The notes under the pieces: model-generated
The model's database searches: none
Told to the model about the DNA's origin: nothing
What the model saw: only the letters and a program-made list of their open reading frames with translations
Made by a program: the position numbers and the translations under genes
From: Bacteroidota bacterium
GTDB lineage: Bacteria > Bacteroidota > Bacteroidia > Cytophagales > Cyclobacteriaceae
Assembly (NCBI GenBank): GCA_023417065.1
Contig: JAEZGH010000209.1
Coordinates: 279 to 64,278, forward strand
Length of the DNA: 64,000 bases
Reading direction: 5' to 3'
Part shown: one piece after another, positions 38,777-48,472 of the stretch
Numbering within the stretch: position 1 is the first letter of the stretch
How the letters are laid out: each line of letters opens with the position of its first letter

Positions 38777-40101
38777 TATGCGAGGGTTTGAGACGATGAC
38801 TTGTCGTAAAGCACTGGAACCATCCGTATTTGTCTTGTCAGGAGGATCAGGACAATCACACTGAGCAGAAGGTAGATTCCTGTGTAGATGTAGAACCAAT
38901 ATTGGATTCCCGGCATTGGCGTGACCGCTTCGCTGGTCCGCATTATTCCCTGAATGATCCACGGCTGGCGTCCAACTTCAGTGACCGTCCATCCGGCCTC
39001 AACGGCGATAAACCCTAAGGGTGTAGCAATTGCGAAAAGTACCAGAAACCACTTCTGCTCGCGCCAGCTTTTCTTGCGTATGCTTATCGCATAGAGAATT
39101 GCCAGCAGAATCATAAACATGCCGATGCCGACCATGATCTGGAAGGCGATGTGGGTGATCAACACTGGAGGATGATCCTCGACAGGAATGGTGTCGAGGC
39201 CTTTGACTTCATCGTGAAAGTTTCCATGAACGAGGAAGCTGAGCATGCCGGGCAATTCGATGGCGTAATGAACGCGCTGGTTTTTTTCATCGGGAAGCCC
39301 ACCGATGAGTAGCGGTGCAGACTTTTCTGTTTTGAATAAAGCCTCCATGGCCGCGAGTTTGGCGGGCTGTCGTTTTGCAACGTCTTTTGCAGAGAGGTCA
39401 CCGCTTATGGGTTGAAGGACTGCTGCGACTGCGGCGAAGACCATGGCAATCCGGAATGCTTTAGTATGGAATTCTTTGTTTTCGTTTTTTGCGATAAGCC
39501 ATGCGTGAACTCCTGCAACGGCAAATCCAGTGGCTGCAAATGCCGCGATTGTCATATGCAGCGCTTGCAATAGCCACGCATCATTGAACATTGCGGCGAT
39601 AGGGTCGATATTGAGGTACTGTCCATCGATGAAGTCGAATCCTGCAGGGCTATTCATCCACGCGTTGGCGGACACAACCAGGATTCCGGATGCCAGTCCT
39701 GAAATGCCTACGACAACCCCTGTAAACCAATGGAACCACGGGTTAAACCGGTCCCAGCCATAGAGGAAAAACCCCAGTGCGATGGCCTCGATGAAGAACG
39801 CCGTGCCCTCCAGCGAGAATGGCATTCCGAAGATTGGTCCTGCATGGCGCATGAATTCCGGCCAAAGCAGACCTAATTCAAAAGACAGCACAGTGCCGGA
39901 AACAGCGCCAGTTGCGAAAAAAATCGCAACACCCTTGCTCCACGCCTTGGTGAGGTTACGGTAAACCGGTTTTTTTGTCTTGAGCCATTTGAAATGCGAT
40001 ACGGCCATGAAAAAAGGCATGACCATGCCAATACAGGCGTAGATGATATGGAAGCCCAATGACAGGGCCATTTGCATTCTTGCTGCGAGCAAGTCGTCCA
40101 T
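38776..40101 (-). CDS. cydA: Cytochrome bd ubiquinol oxidase subunit I (short Q-loop type)
   Basis: FHII, GAVSGT, QPAKLAAME and GWTVTEVGRQPW; TATATTTG -7 box on the minus strand at 40121-40128. Confidence 0.94.
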   Translation of the reverse strand: MDDLLAARMQMALSLGFHIIYACIGMVMPFFMAVSHFKWLKTKKPVYRNLTKAWSKGVAIFFATGAVSGTVLSFELGLLWPEFMRHAGPIFGMPFSLEGTAFFIEAIALGFFLYGWDRFNPWFHWFTGVVVGISGLASGILVVSANAWMNSPAGFDFIDGQYLNIDPIAAMFNDAWLLQALHMTIAAFAATGFAVAGVHAWLIAKNENKEFHTKAFRIAMVFAAVAAVLQPISGDLSAKDVAKRQPAKLAAMEALFKTEKSAPLLIGGLPDEKNQRVHYAIELPGMLSFLVHGNFHDEVKGLDTIPVEDHPPVLITHIAFQIMVGIGMFMILLAILYAISIRKKSWREQKWFLVLFAIATPLGFIAVEAGWTVTEVGRQPWIIQGIMRTSEAVTPMPGIQYWFYIYTGIYLLLSVIVLILLTRQIRMVPVLYDKSSSQTLA

Positions 40102-40339
40102 GGGTTCTTTTTGTTAAGTTCAAATATACGGGCTGTGGGTTCAGGGCGGTGGTTCCGCAAGCAAAACTTTGCGTCGAAAACGGTTGTACTGGTCAGTCAT
40201 TCCCATCTCATGGAACCTGGGATTTCATCGAAGCGCCTGCCCCGGGATTGAATGATGGGAAGTTAACCCGGCCAGTTTCCATATAACCCCTCATTTTGCA
40301 GATTGTCGATTGGGCTATGGCATCCCAACGGTTTGACTA

Positions 40340-40415
40340 TACCTTTGAATCAGATTAAAGACAACTATAGACAGTAAATATCCCCGGGGTCCAGGATCCT
40401 GGGGATATTTATTTT
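40340..40415 (+). ncRNA. Candidate ~65-nt small RNA (promoter followed by terminator)
   Basis: TACCTTTG -7 box at 40340; 16-bp hairpin AAATATCCCCGGGGTC-cag-GATCCTGGGGATATTT with T-rich tail; no + strand ORF. Confidence 0.4.
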
Positions 40416-40473
40416 AAAGGGTATATGTAATTGCCAACCGAACAACGGTAGCGATATATGTTCGGAGAGATTA

Positions 40474-40818
40474 TCAGTAATTGTATTTTTTGAAGATGCG
40501 TTCGAGTTCTTTGTAGAACAAATCCTTATGGGTAGTCGCCAGCGAAGCTGAGTTAAGTTTCTGAATCTGCTTGATAAGGGAGCCGTAATGCGATAGGTCT
40601 ATCGGGGAGCTCTGTAGCTCTTTGAGGTCTCTCTTCAGGAACTCGGCCTTCACCTTGCTAAGTTCCTTACCGAATTGTTCAAGGAAATATGACCGTACAT
40701 TGCCCTCCTCCAGGAAATCACTGATAAGGCTATCCCTTACACCGCGAACGAGGTCAATGATTCGATCCATCGACATCCGCACTTCCTGTTGGATTTCCTT
40801 TTCTTCCCGGGGTAACAT
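40474..40818 (-). CDS. Hypothetical helical protein
   Basis: 114-aa ORF, no recognised motif. Confidence 0.6.
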   Translation of the reverse strand: MLPREEKEIQQEVRMSMDRIIDLVRGVRDSLISDFLEEGNVRSYFLEQFGKELSKVKAEFLKRDLKELQSSPIDLSHYGSLIKQIQKLNSASLATTHKDLFYKELERIFKKYNY

Positions 40819-41022
40819 CTTTACGATCTGATTAGATTATGAATTTAAGACAAAAGTCTGAATCCGAAAGATTTTTTTTTCGATGACGGATTTTTTTTCC
40901 CGGGTGAACGCCCCGTCACACCTGCCCAACGTCGGCGGCCAACCTGCGGGTCGCATTGAGACCGACTCACAGGTCGCGGTGGCACAACATTTTACCCGCA
41001 CCCGTTATAATCTCAAAGAACG

Positions 41023-41271
41023 ATGCGTTACCTGTGGATTAAAGAAGATGATTCCAAAGCCTTTAAGTCTTTCCTTTCCGGAAATGAAATTGAAGTTGGA
41101 CTGTATGTTCATCCAGCGGCAACATCAATTAGCCCTGGTAATGAAATCGAGATATTCTATGGTAGTGAGACGAGTGATACCTACCGAGCTCAGGTGAAAC
41201 GCAAACAGGTTCTTCCGACATCAGGTCAGTCGGAAAGGTCGTTTCTTACGATGAGCCTGGTAAAGATTTGA
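41023..41271 (+). CDS. Small hypothetical protein
   Basis: 82-aa ORF with ATG and beta-rich composition. Confidence 0.55.
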   Translation: MRYLWIKEDDSKAFKSFLSGNEIEVGLYVHPAATSISPGNEIEIFYGSETSDTYRAQVKRKQVLPTSGQSERSFLTMSLVKI

Positions 41272-41329
41272 GCACTTCATCCCGCCCCAAAGGGTTGTCT
41301 CAGTTCTTATCGCAAATGCCAATAATGCT

Positions 41330-41773
41330 TTAATTGTTGGGTATGATGGAAATTGAGCCGTCTCGCTCAAGGACAGCATATTTCACCTGATCCATTCGTT
41401 CAAGTCCATGTGTCAGTCGTGCCGCTTCCAAAATATCTGACTCGTCGACCTTTCCTTTTTTCATCCGGCGTTTTAATGGTTTTCCATGATCCACTATGAT
41501 CAGGGGGGCACCATCGGAAATCGTGGAGAACCAATTTGAGTAATCCTTCAGTTTCGAGAGAACGAAGTCGGCAGCAACTAATGTGCATACCATCACAAAA
41601 CAACCGACAAGCGAATAATCCTCTGTTATCAGCGCATCAGTTGTCGTTTCGCTAATAATCAGCAATAAAACGAAATCAAATGTAGTTATGTCCGCCAGGC
41701 TGCGCTTTCCGAGGATACGGAAAATTACAAAGACGAAAAGGTAAACAGCCAGACCACGCAATACTGGATTCAT
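41330..41773 (-). CDS. DUF421 / YetF membrane protein
   Basis: GKRSLADITTFDFV and AVLERDGSISII motifs. Confidence 0.88.
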   Translation of the reverse strand: MNPVLRGLAVYLFVFVIFRILGKRSLADITTFDFVLLLIISETTTDALITEDYSLVGCFVMVCTLVAADFVLSKLKDYSNWFSTISDGAPLIIVDHGKPLKRRMKKGKVDESDILEAARLTHGLERMDQVKYAVLERDGSISIIPNN

Positions 41774-41774
41774 A

Positions 41775-42278
41775 TTATGGAAATACGAAGTGTTCAACCT
41801 GGAGTGCGTAACCGTTGATTGAAAGCGTACTTTCAACAGCTCCGAAATCCTGCGGTATCAGATAAAATGTCACCATGAGAACCCCATCTCCAGCAAAAGT
41901 ATAGTGTACTACTCCTTTATTCGTAGTTACTGCCGCGGGTTCAGGAACAATAGATTCAATTCGGAATTTTTCGAGATAAGACCATTGAAGGGAGATGTTT
42001 GATCCTTTTTTCGCAGGAGACTTGACGGTTATCTTCAGAGGTGTCCGGCTTTCCTGTCTGGTGAAGTAGTCGTACGAGACTATTCCATCATTGGTGAAAA
42101 CCGTACGGTCGCTCAGCAAACCGTTTCCGAAAAGTCCCAGAGCAGCGCCCGCAACGATAAGGAAGATGAAGGTCAGTCCCACTGTTTGGAATTTCCACCC
42201 GCGGATCTGATCAGGAAGCTTTTCATCAATTTCAAGGTCGTGCTGCTGCACATGCTCGACTTCGGAACTCTTTTTCAT
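41775..42278 (-). CDS. Hypothetical membrane-anchored protein co-transcribed with DUF421
   Basis: One TM helix, GLFGNG, IESIVPEP, C-terminal FVFP. Confidence 0.7.
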   Translation of the reverse strand: MKKSSEVEHVQQHDLEIDEKLPDQIRGWKFQTVGLTFIFLIVAGAALGLFGNGLLSDRTVFTNDGIVSYDYFTRQESRTPLKITVKSPAKKGSNISLQWSYLEKFRIESIVPEPAAVTTNKGVVHYTFAGDGVLMVTFYLIPQDFGAVESTLSINGYALQVEHFVFP

Positions 42279-42370
42279 GGCGTTGGTTCATGAAAACGCG
42301 TAAATTCTAATACCATTCTTGTCTTGCCTTATGAAAATCCGTAATCTTAATGTTGATAGAATAAGACGTG

Positions 42371-43150
42371 ATGGAAAGAATAACAAGTAATGGACTTTCT
42401 CTATGGCAGTTCGAGCAGCTGGCTAAGTATCCCGAAGTCCGACATTTTGTGACTGACAGGAGGAGTGATGGCGACGAGACACCGTTCACGCTCAGTTACT
42501 CAAGTCATCCAGACCGGGCCTTTATCGATGCCAATCGTCTAAAACTTGCCGGGGCAATCGGGGTAGCCGCCAACCGATTGTTTTTTCCATCTCAGGTTCA
42601 TGAAACGCGCATTGTGACCGTTACCGTTGAGACCCAAAAAGAGGATTTGATGAAAACCGATGCACTAATTACGAATGAGAAAGGTATATGCATCGCGGTG
42701 ATGTCGGCAGATTGTGTGCCCGTGCTGTTGTACGATAGGCTGACAAAGTCAGTAGCTGCAGTGCACGCTGGCTGGCGCGGAACTGTCGCAAGTATCGTTT
42801 CGAAAACTATTCAGGAAATGATCACGCAATTCGGAACTAAGCCTGAGGATATCGTTGCGGCGATCGGTCCATCAATCTGCCAGGAGTCTTACGAGGTAGG
42901 AGCGGAAGTGCTTGAAGAGGTACGGAGAGTTTTTGGTACGCCGGAAAAGCTCATTGTAAAAACGCTGCCTGGAAAAGGTAAGCTTGACCTCTGGCAGGCG
43001 AATAAAATCCAGCTCCTTAATGCGGGTGTTAGTGAACATAATATTGAGATAGGAGGGCTCTGCACTTCGAAAAACAATGATCATTTCTTTTCCGCACGCA
43101 AAGGAGATAAAGGGAGGTTTGCCGCGGGTATCGTGCTGTCTGACGTATAA
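42371..43150 (+). CDS. pgeF: Peptidoglycan editing factor / YfiH purine nucleoside phosphorylase
   Basis: QVH, SADCVPVLL, VHAGWRGT, IGPSI and FFSAR motifs. Confidence 0.9.
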   Translation: MERITSNGLSLWQFEQLAKYPEVRHFVTDRRSDGDETPFTLSYSSHPDRAFIDANRLKLAGAIGVAANRLFFPSQVHETRIVTVTVETQKEDLMKTDALITNEKGICIAVMSADCVPVLLYDRLTKSVAAVHAGWRGTVASIVSKTIQEMITQFGTKPEDIVAAIGPSICQESYEVGAEVLEEVRRVFGTPEKLIVKTLPGKGKLDLWQANKIQLLNAGVSEHNIEIGGLCTSKNNDHFFSARKGDKGRFAAGIVLSDV

Positions 43151-43397
43151 GCTCTGACTCGCTACAATGCCGTTCCTTCCTCTTGTTTGGAATCTCTTTT
43201 GAGATAATGTCAGCATGTGTTGTTCCCCATGATGCTGACCCACCCGAACCATTGGGTTTTTCATCCGCGAAATACTATTTGTCGTCAGCTATATGGGCGT
43301 GTCGTAATTACCTAACATGTGGAATGATTTTTTTTTGCACCCTGCTTATCTGTCGGGCAAACAAGCCTGTTTCTTGCAAAACTTAAACTACAATAGT

Positions 43398-43958
43398 ATG
43401 ACAACTACTCAGGAGAAGGGCGGAGCCACAAAAGCAACATGGACGCTGGACCCCGTCCACAGTGAGGTATCCTTCAAGGTGAAACACATGATGATTACCA
43501 ACGTCACGGGAGTATTGACTGATTATTCGGTTGAATTGGATACAAAAGACGACGAGTTTACCCGTGCTGAGGTAAAATTTGTCGGCAATCTGAAGTCGCT
43601 TTCCACCGGCAATGAGCAGCGCGATGAGCATTTGCGCTCCGGCGATTTCTTTGACGTAGAGAACAATCCGGAGGTGGTGTTTAAATCGACGAGCTACACC
43701 AGGTCGGGGGATGACATTAAGCTTGAGGGTGACCTTACGATCAAGGGGATGACACAACATATCAAACTTGACGTCGAGTTCGCTGGTGTTCAGAAGGATC
43801 CCTGGGGGAATACAAAGGCCGGCTTTACAGTTACGGGGAAACTCAACCGCAAGGATTTTGGACTTAACTGGAATGCCGCGCTCGAGACGGGAGGTGTTCT
43901 CGTAGGCGATGAAGTAAGGATCAACTGCGAAATTCAGTTGGTTAAACAAACCGGCTGA
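43398..43958 (+). CDS. YceI family protein
   Basis: DPVHSEVSFKVKHMM, RDEHLRSGDFF, DPWGNTKAGF and NRKDFGL. Confidence 0.93.
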   Translation: MTTTQEKGGATKATWTLDPVHSEVSFKVKHMMITNVTGVLTDYSVELDTKDDEFTRAEVKFVGNLKSLSTGNEQRDEHLRSGDFFDVENNPEVVFKSTSYTRSGDDIKLEGDLTIKGMTQHIKLDVEFAGVQKDPWGNTKAGFTVTGKLNRKDFGLNWNAALETGGVLVGDEVRINCEIQLVKQTG

Positions 43959-43982
43959 TTGTTGTGAACAAGCTAGCGCGTG

Positions 43983-44016
43983 GAGGACACTACGTCGGCG
44001 GTGTCCTCGCTTTTTT
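43983..44016 (+). terminator. Intrinsic terminator after yceI
   Basis: GAGGACAC-N10-GTGTCCTC followed by T6. Confidence 0.65.
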
Positions 44017-44061
44017 AAGCGCAAGATTGTTTTTTACTATTTTCGCATTCAATCATCACGA

Positions 44062-45111
44062 ATGGATCCATACTACGATTTGGAAGTTACCGACATCCGG
44101 CAAGAAACACGCGACACAAAATCATTTGTTCTGAAACCTGTCGGGGGCCACGAAATCAAATACAAACCAGGGCAATTTCTGACTTTGATTTTTCCCGGGC
44201 ATAATGAATCTCATAGGAGGTCTTACTCTATCTCGTCAAGCGCGTTCCTGGACGAACCGTTAACAATCACAGTTAAACGCATCGATAACGGCGCGTTTTC
44301 ACGCTACCTCTTCGATCAATGTCATCCCGGTTCGATCCTTAAAACCATTGGGGCTTCTGGCCTTTTCACTTTGCCGGAGGATGTAGAAAGCTACGATTCG
44401 CTTCTTTTCTTTGCTGCCGGTAGTGGGATTACTCCTATCATTGCGCTCATAAAGTCGGCATTGATTCAGCATTCGCAACCAATGGTGCACCTGGTGTACA
44501 GCAACGGCGCTCCCGTTAGCACCATTTTCCTTGGAGAACTTCAGCAACTTGAAAAAGACTATCCTGACCGCTTTCGGGTGACCTATTTTTTTAGCAATGC
44601 CCAGAATCTGCTCCGTGCACGACTGAACAAAGTATTGGTCGCGGAGATTGTCGCCGCTGAACGAATGGCCTATGGCCGCAACACCCTTTGCTTTATGTGC
44701 GGCCCACATGCATACATGCAGATGATTTCGATAACGCTGCTCACGGAGGGTATACCTGCAGCCAACATTCGAAAGGAAATTTTCGATACGATTAAACCTG
44801 TGATAAGGGAACGTCCGCCAGATGTCGACCCGCACGTGGTTACTATTCATTTCAGGAATGAGGTGCTTCGTTATGAAGTAGCGTATCCCGATACAATTCT
44901 GAGTGCCGCCAAGAGCAGGAACATCTTCCTTCCCTACAGTTGTGAGGCCGGCAAGTGCGGAACCTGTGCAGCGACTTGCGTCAAGGGAAGTGTATGGATG
45001 TCGTATAACGAAGTATTGTCGGACCAGGAACAGGCGCGTGGAAGGGTGCTTACATGCACCGGGTATGCTGTTGGCGGCGACGTTGTACTTGAGATAACTC
45101 AGGACATCTGA
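44062..45111 (+). CDS. FAD/NAD-binding oxidoreductase with C-terminal 2Fe-2S ferredoxin (PaaE-like)
   Basis: RSYSISS, AGSGITP, MCGP and PYSCEAGKCGTC...LTC. Confidence 0.9.
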   Translation: MDPYYDLEVTDIRQETRDTKSFVLKPVGGHEIKYKPGQFLTLIFPGHNESHRRSYSISSSAFLDEPLTITVKRIDNGAFSRYLFDQCHPGSILKTIGASGLFTLPEDVESYDSLLFFAAGSGITPIIALIKSALIQHSQPMVHLVYSNGAPVSTIFLGELQQLEKDYPDRFRVTYFFSNAQNLLRARLNKVLVAEIVAAERMAYGRNTLCFMCGPHAYMQMISITLLTEGIPAANIRKEIFDTIKPVIRERPPDVDPHVVTIHFRNEVLRYEVAYPDTILSAAKSRNIFLPYSCEAGKCGTCAATCVKGSVWMSYNEVLSDQEQARGRVLTCTGYAVGGDVVLEITQDI

Positions 45112-45173
45112 ACTACTTGACTGGTACCCGATCGGTGGTATCGTTTTTTTTGATGCACCCGGAAAATACTATT

Positions 45174-45674
45174 ATGTATCAGACCACCAGACATAGCAGG
45201 TATCCACGCAAGGATGCCAGTCATACTATTCCCCACTGGATGGGATATCCACGCACTGAGTACGGCCGGTATGATCCATTTCATGAAGAGTCGTTGCAGG
45301 GAAATCAAGCGGACTATCATGCATTAGAGGGGGCAGGACGCCAGGGTTGGGATTATGACCAGAACAGAGCATATGCCTATATTCATGGAAATCGTCGCGG
45401 TAGCGACGGGGACAGGCGTGATCATCGGGGCAAAGGTCCGCGAAACTATCGTCGAAGTGATGAACGAATCCTTGATGATATCATAGAGCGGATAGTATCA
45501 CGCCGGATCGACGCTTCAGATGTTGATATACGAATAGATAAAGGGGAAGTGGTACTTACAGGTCGGATAGACGATAAGAGGTCAAGGAGGGCTCTGGAAG
45601 ACCTTGTAGACGAGGTTCCCGGAGTTTGTCAGGTGGAGAACAGAATCCGTTTAGGGAGACCAGGGGCGATATAA
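45174..45674 (+). CDS. BON-domain protein with disordered N-terminus
   Basis: HRGKGPRNYRRSDERI, GEVVLTG and VPGVCQVENRI. Confidence 0.85.
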   Translation: MYQTTRHSRYPRKDASHTIPHWMGYPRTEYGRYDPFHEESLQGNQADYHALEGAGRQGWDYDQNRAYAYIHGNRRGSDGDRRDHRGKGPRNYRRSDERILDDIIERIVSRRIDASDVDIRIDKGEVVLTGRIDDKRSRRALEDLVDEVPGVCQVENRIRLGRPGAI

Positions 45675-45676
45675 AC

Positions 45677-45706
45677 AAAAAAGCCTGATGTTACTCAGGC
45701 TTTTTT
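45677..45706. terminator. Bidirectional intrinsic terminator
   Basis: AAAAAAGCCTGA-tgttac-TCAGGCTTTTTT. Confidence 0.85.
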
Positions 45707-45724
45707 AATGATTCGTAGTCAGTA

Positions 45725-46210
45725 CTACTTCACATTCTTGTTCACAACTTTAGCCAGTTCGAACATAGAGATTTGGTCTTTACCACCGAATACAGGCTTC
45801 AGTTTGCCGTCGGCGTTGATCATTCTCTTGTTCTTGCTGTCCTGAAGGCCATTTTTCTTGATGTATGTCCAGATTTTTTTGATGATCTCTGTACGGGGAA
45901 GAGGTTTTGAACCTACAACCTCACCAAGAATAGCACTTGGAGTTAACGGCGCCATGAACGCCGCGTTAGGTTTTCGAGCGGACTTTTTTTTTGCGGATTT
46001 CTTACCGGCTTTCTTGCCAGCTTTCTTCGCTGACTTCTTCGCTGACTTCTTAGCAGACTTCTTAGCTGCTTTCTTCGCCGCTTTCTTCGCCGCTTTCTTA
46101 GGGGCTTTCTTAGCTACCTTCTTAGTAACTTTCTTTGCAGTTTTCTTAGCGGCTTTCTTTGCCGGTCTTTTTGCTGCTTTCTTAGCAGATTTTTTCGCTG
46201 TTTTTGCCAT
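45725..46210 (-). CDS. SWIB/MDM2-domain protein with histone H1-like Ala/Lys-rich N-terminus
   Basis: ~80 aa of xAKK repeats, then PRTEIIKKIWTYIKKNGLQD..ISMFEL; TATATTTG -7 box on the minus strand at 46283-46290. Confidence 0.92.
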   Translation of the reverse strand: MAKTAKKSAKKAAKRPAKKAAKKTAKKVTKKVAKKAPKKAAKKAAKKAAKKSAKKSAKKSAKKAGKKAGKKSAKKKSARKPNAAFMAPLTPSAILGEVVGSKPLPRTEIIKKIWTYIKKNGLQDSKNKRMINADGKLKPVFGGKDQISMFELAKVVNKNVK

Positions 46211-46422
46211 AGCGTTTTTTTGTTAAGTGTTAATAGATAAACTAATTGTAGCGTAAAGATATAATCAGGGGCTACTTCAGTGCAAATATATTTTTATCCG
46301 GAACTATATCGCGCTGACTTTTCCTTCTGATCAGTCTTTCACTCACCGAAAATACAGGTGTAGTTTGAATTATCCTAATCCTCATCCTCTCTGTTTGGAA
46401 AAATTATATACCCGACAGACTT

Positions 46423-46680
46423 TTTCATAGGGAAAACTTATCGTTTGAGCTTATAAACTTTGGCAATTCTTACTCGGTATTCCAATGTCTTTGGAACGAC
46501 GTTACTACTGAAATGGATACAAGCTCATTGAGAAAGCTGATAACCGATGACAAGAAAATGACTGACTAGTCCTCTGTTATGATAACGCCTGACCTGACCA
46601 AACATTTGTTCATATCGTTTCGTTAAATCTGAATTTTCATTCGGCTAAAGGCGGTTTTTGCGTGCGTTTTCCCTATGAAA
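46423..46680. repeat. Perfect 15-bp inverted repeat pair bounding 258 bp
   Basis: TTTCATAGGGAAAAC (46423-46437) and GTTTTCCCTATGAAA (46666-46680). Confidence 0.75.
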
Positions 46681-46985
46681 GCGCATATTTTTCATTTCTT
46701 GCCCAATACTCTTTGGCTAATCTTTTCAATGGAGATGGAGATATGTTTCGTGTTCTTTCATTGCCCCGGCGACAGGCGCGAGGACAGCGGAAGATGCTTA
46801 TGATGATAAGGAATGATAAGATGATGTCGATAGGCGAGCAGGGTGAATGTTCGATTCGGATGAAAATCTTACTTGCTTTTTTGTCGCGGTCACCGTTAGG
46901 TAAACCAATCCATCTATCTTGAAAAAAAATCATCTGGTTTCGTAACTTAGGAGTGTTTCAGGGAAAAAAAATACCCGCATTCAAC

Positions 46986-47210
46986 ATGAAATATCAAAAA
47001 CTCCGGACGTTTAACGATGTGATCCATGCTTCTATCGCCAGGGATGTGCTGGAGAACCATGGTATTCCGTGCTTCCTTACGAACGAAAACGTAACGACGC
47101 TCCTTCCCAGTCTTAACTTCATCCATGGAGGTGGGATTCATCTGATGGTGGGGGAAGAGCATATGGAAAGGGCAGAGGAACTGCTGGAGAAAGGCGCGGA
47201 TGGACATTGA
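46986..47210 (+). CDS. DUF2007-like putative signal-transducing protein
   Basis: A.IARDVLENHGIPCFL.NE..GGIHLMV..ERAEELL pattern. Confidence 0.75.
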   Translation: MKYQKLRTFNDVIHASIARDVLENHGIPCFLTNENVTTLLPSLNFIHGGGIHLMVGEEHMERAEELLEKGADGH

Positions 47211-47934
47211 TCGCTCTGTTAGGTAATGACTCTACCTGAAATACCATGGCTTCATAGACGTTCCTGGAGAGGGATGTCAGACCTTGTTCAAAATTGTTCC
47301 CGCCATATCCGACTCTCGCCGTAGTCCTGTTTTGCAAACATGTACACCAATGGACAGACACCGGGCATAACCTCATTCCATGGGCCTTGTCATTTACAAA
47401 CTCCAACGTGTCATGGATAAAAACGCTTTACCATGAAACCCGAAGCACGTAGGAAGCACGAGAGTCGGGATGCTGCCAAGGTTCACCGTGAGCGCATGGT
47501 TTCATGGATCACCTGGTTCTCTCTTGGGTGTGATGCAAATGCTGGAGTACTCGAATCGGAAGTTATTGAAGTAGACGGCAGATGGTTGACTCACAAACGG
47601 CCATGTATGCTTTTGGTCAAAAATGAAAAATGCACTGTTAAAGATCATAGTCCCGCATAGGATCGTGATCGAGGTGATTTTGCTGTCTGTCCGGCACTCC
47701 TCCTTAGCGCTTTGCTATGAAAGACGAATGAACATTTTTGGAAGTTAAACAACAACGTTTGAGATAATAAGCGAGTAGCCTTGACGTTGAGAAACCTGCT
47801 CGTTCACTTGATCATGCCCTGGTAATCCAGTTTTGCCCCTTAGTTAATTCGTTCTTATTCAGGTAAGAACATCATTTTCAATATCAAATAATTGTCCATT
47901 ACCATAACCATTTTTGTATCGTAAATACGTGGTC

Positions 47935-48369
47935 ATGCGAAAGTGGATCTTGCTTGTAGATGATGATCTGGATATACATTTCCTTTACCGGAAGGTTTTC
48001 GAACGGATGGGAATGGCCGATTCCATAAAGCTTTTCGAAAACGGTGCTGAGGTTCTTGACTTCCTGAGGTCTTCAGCCGGTGAGGTGAAACTAATATTTT
48101 CTGATGTAAACATGCCAGTCATGGACGGCCTTCAGCTTCGCAAGGCTATCAACAATGACGATATCCATGATCTGAAGAGTATTCCATTCGTATTTCTGTC
48201 GACAAGCGCCCGCGACGAGGAAGTCAGAGCGGCGTACGATCTAATGGTTCAGGGCTTTTTTGAAAAAGGTCTGACGCTTGCGGACATTGAAAACTCCTTC
48301 CGTTCCGTTCTCGAGTACTGGGGAACATGTACCTGGCCTGCCCCGTCAATTCCCTGCCTAAAGTCTTAA
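47935..48369 (+). CDS. Single-domain response regulator
   Basis: LLVDDD, SDVNMPVMDG, FLSTS and FFEK. Confidence 0.88.
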   Translation: MRKWILLVDDDLDIHFLYRKVFERMGMADSIKLFENGAEVLDFLRSSAGEVKLIFSDVNMPVMDGLQLRKAINNDDIHDLKSIPFVFLSTSARDEEVRAAYDLMVQGFFEKGLTLADIENSFRSVLEYWGTCTWPAPSIPCLKS

Positions 48370-48472
48370 GGGGTAATCATCCTGTTCTTTCCTTGATGAA
48401 TTTCATAACGGGTGGCGACGTCAAGGCACCCAACTTTACCGCGGGCATCGCCTTTGATCACTCCCAACCTGT

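Noticed and set aside
43383..44024. 213-aa antisense ORF over yceI (likewise 20363..21163, 60819..61706, 25974..26552, 44299..44850)
   Set aside because: Lie opposite well-supported genes and have no motifs; typical shadow ORFs
45858..46226. Antisense Phe/Ala/Leu-rich 122-aa ORF
   Set aside because: Shadow of the AKK repeats of the SWIB gene
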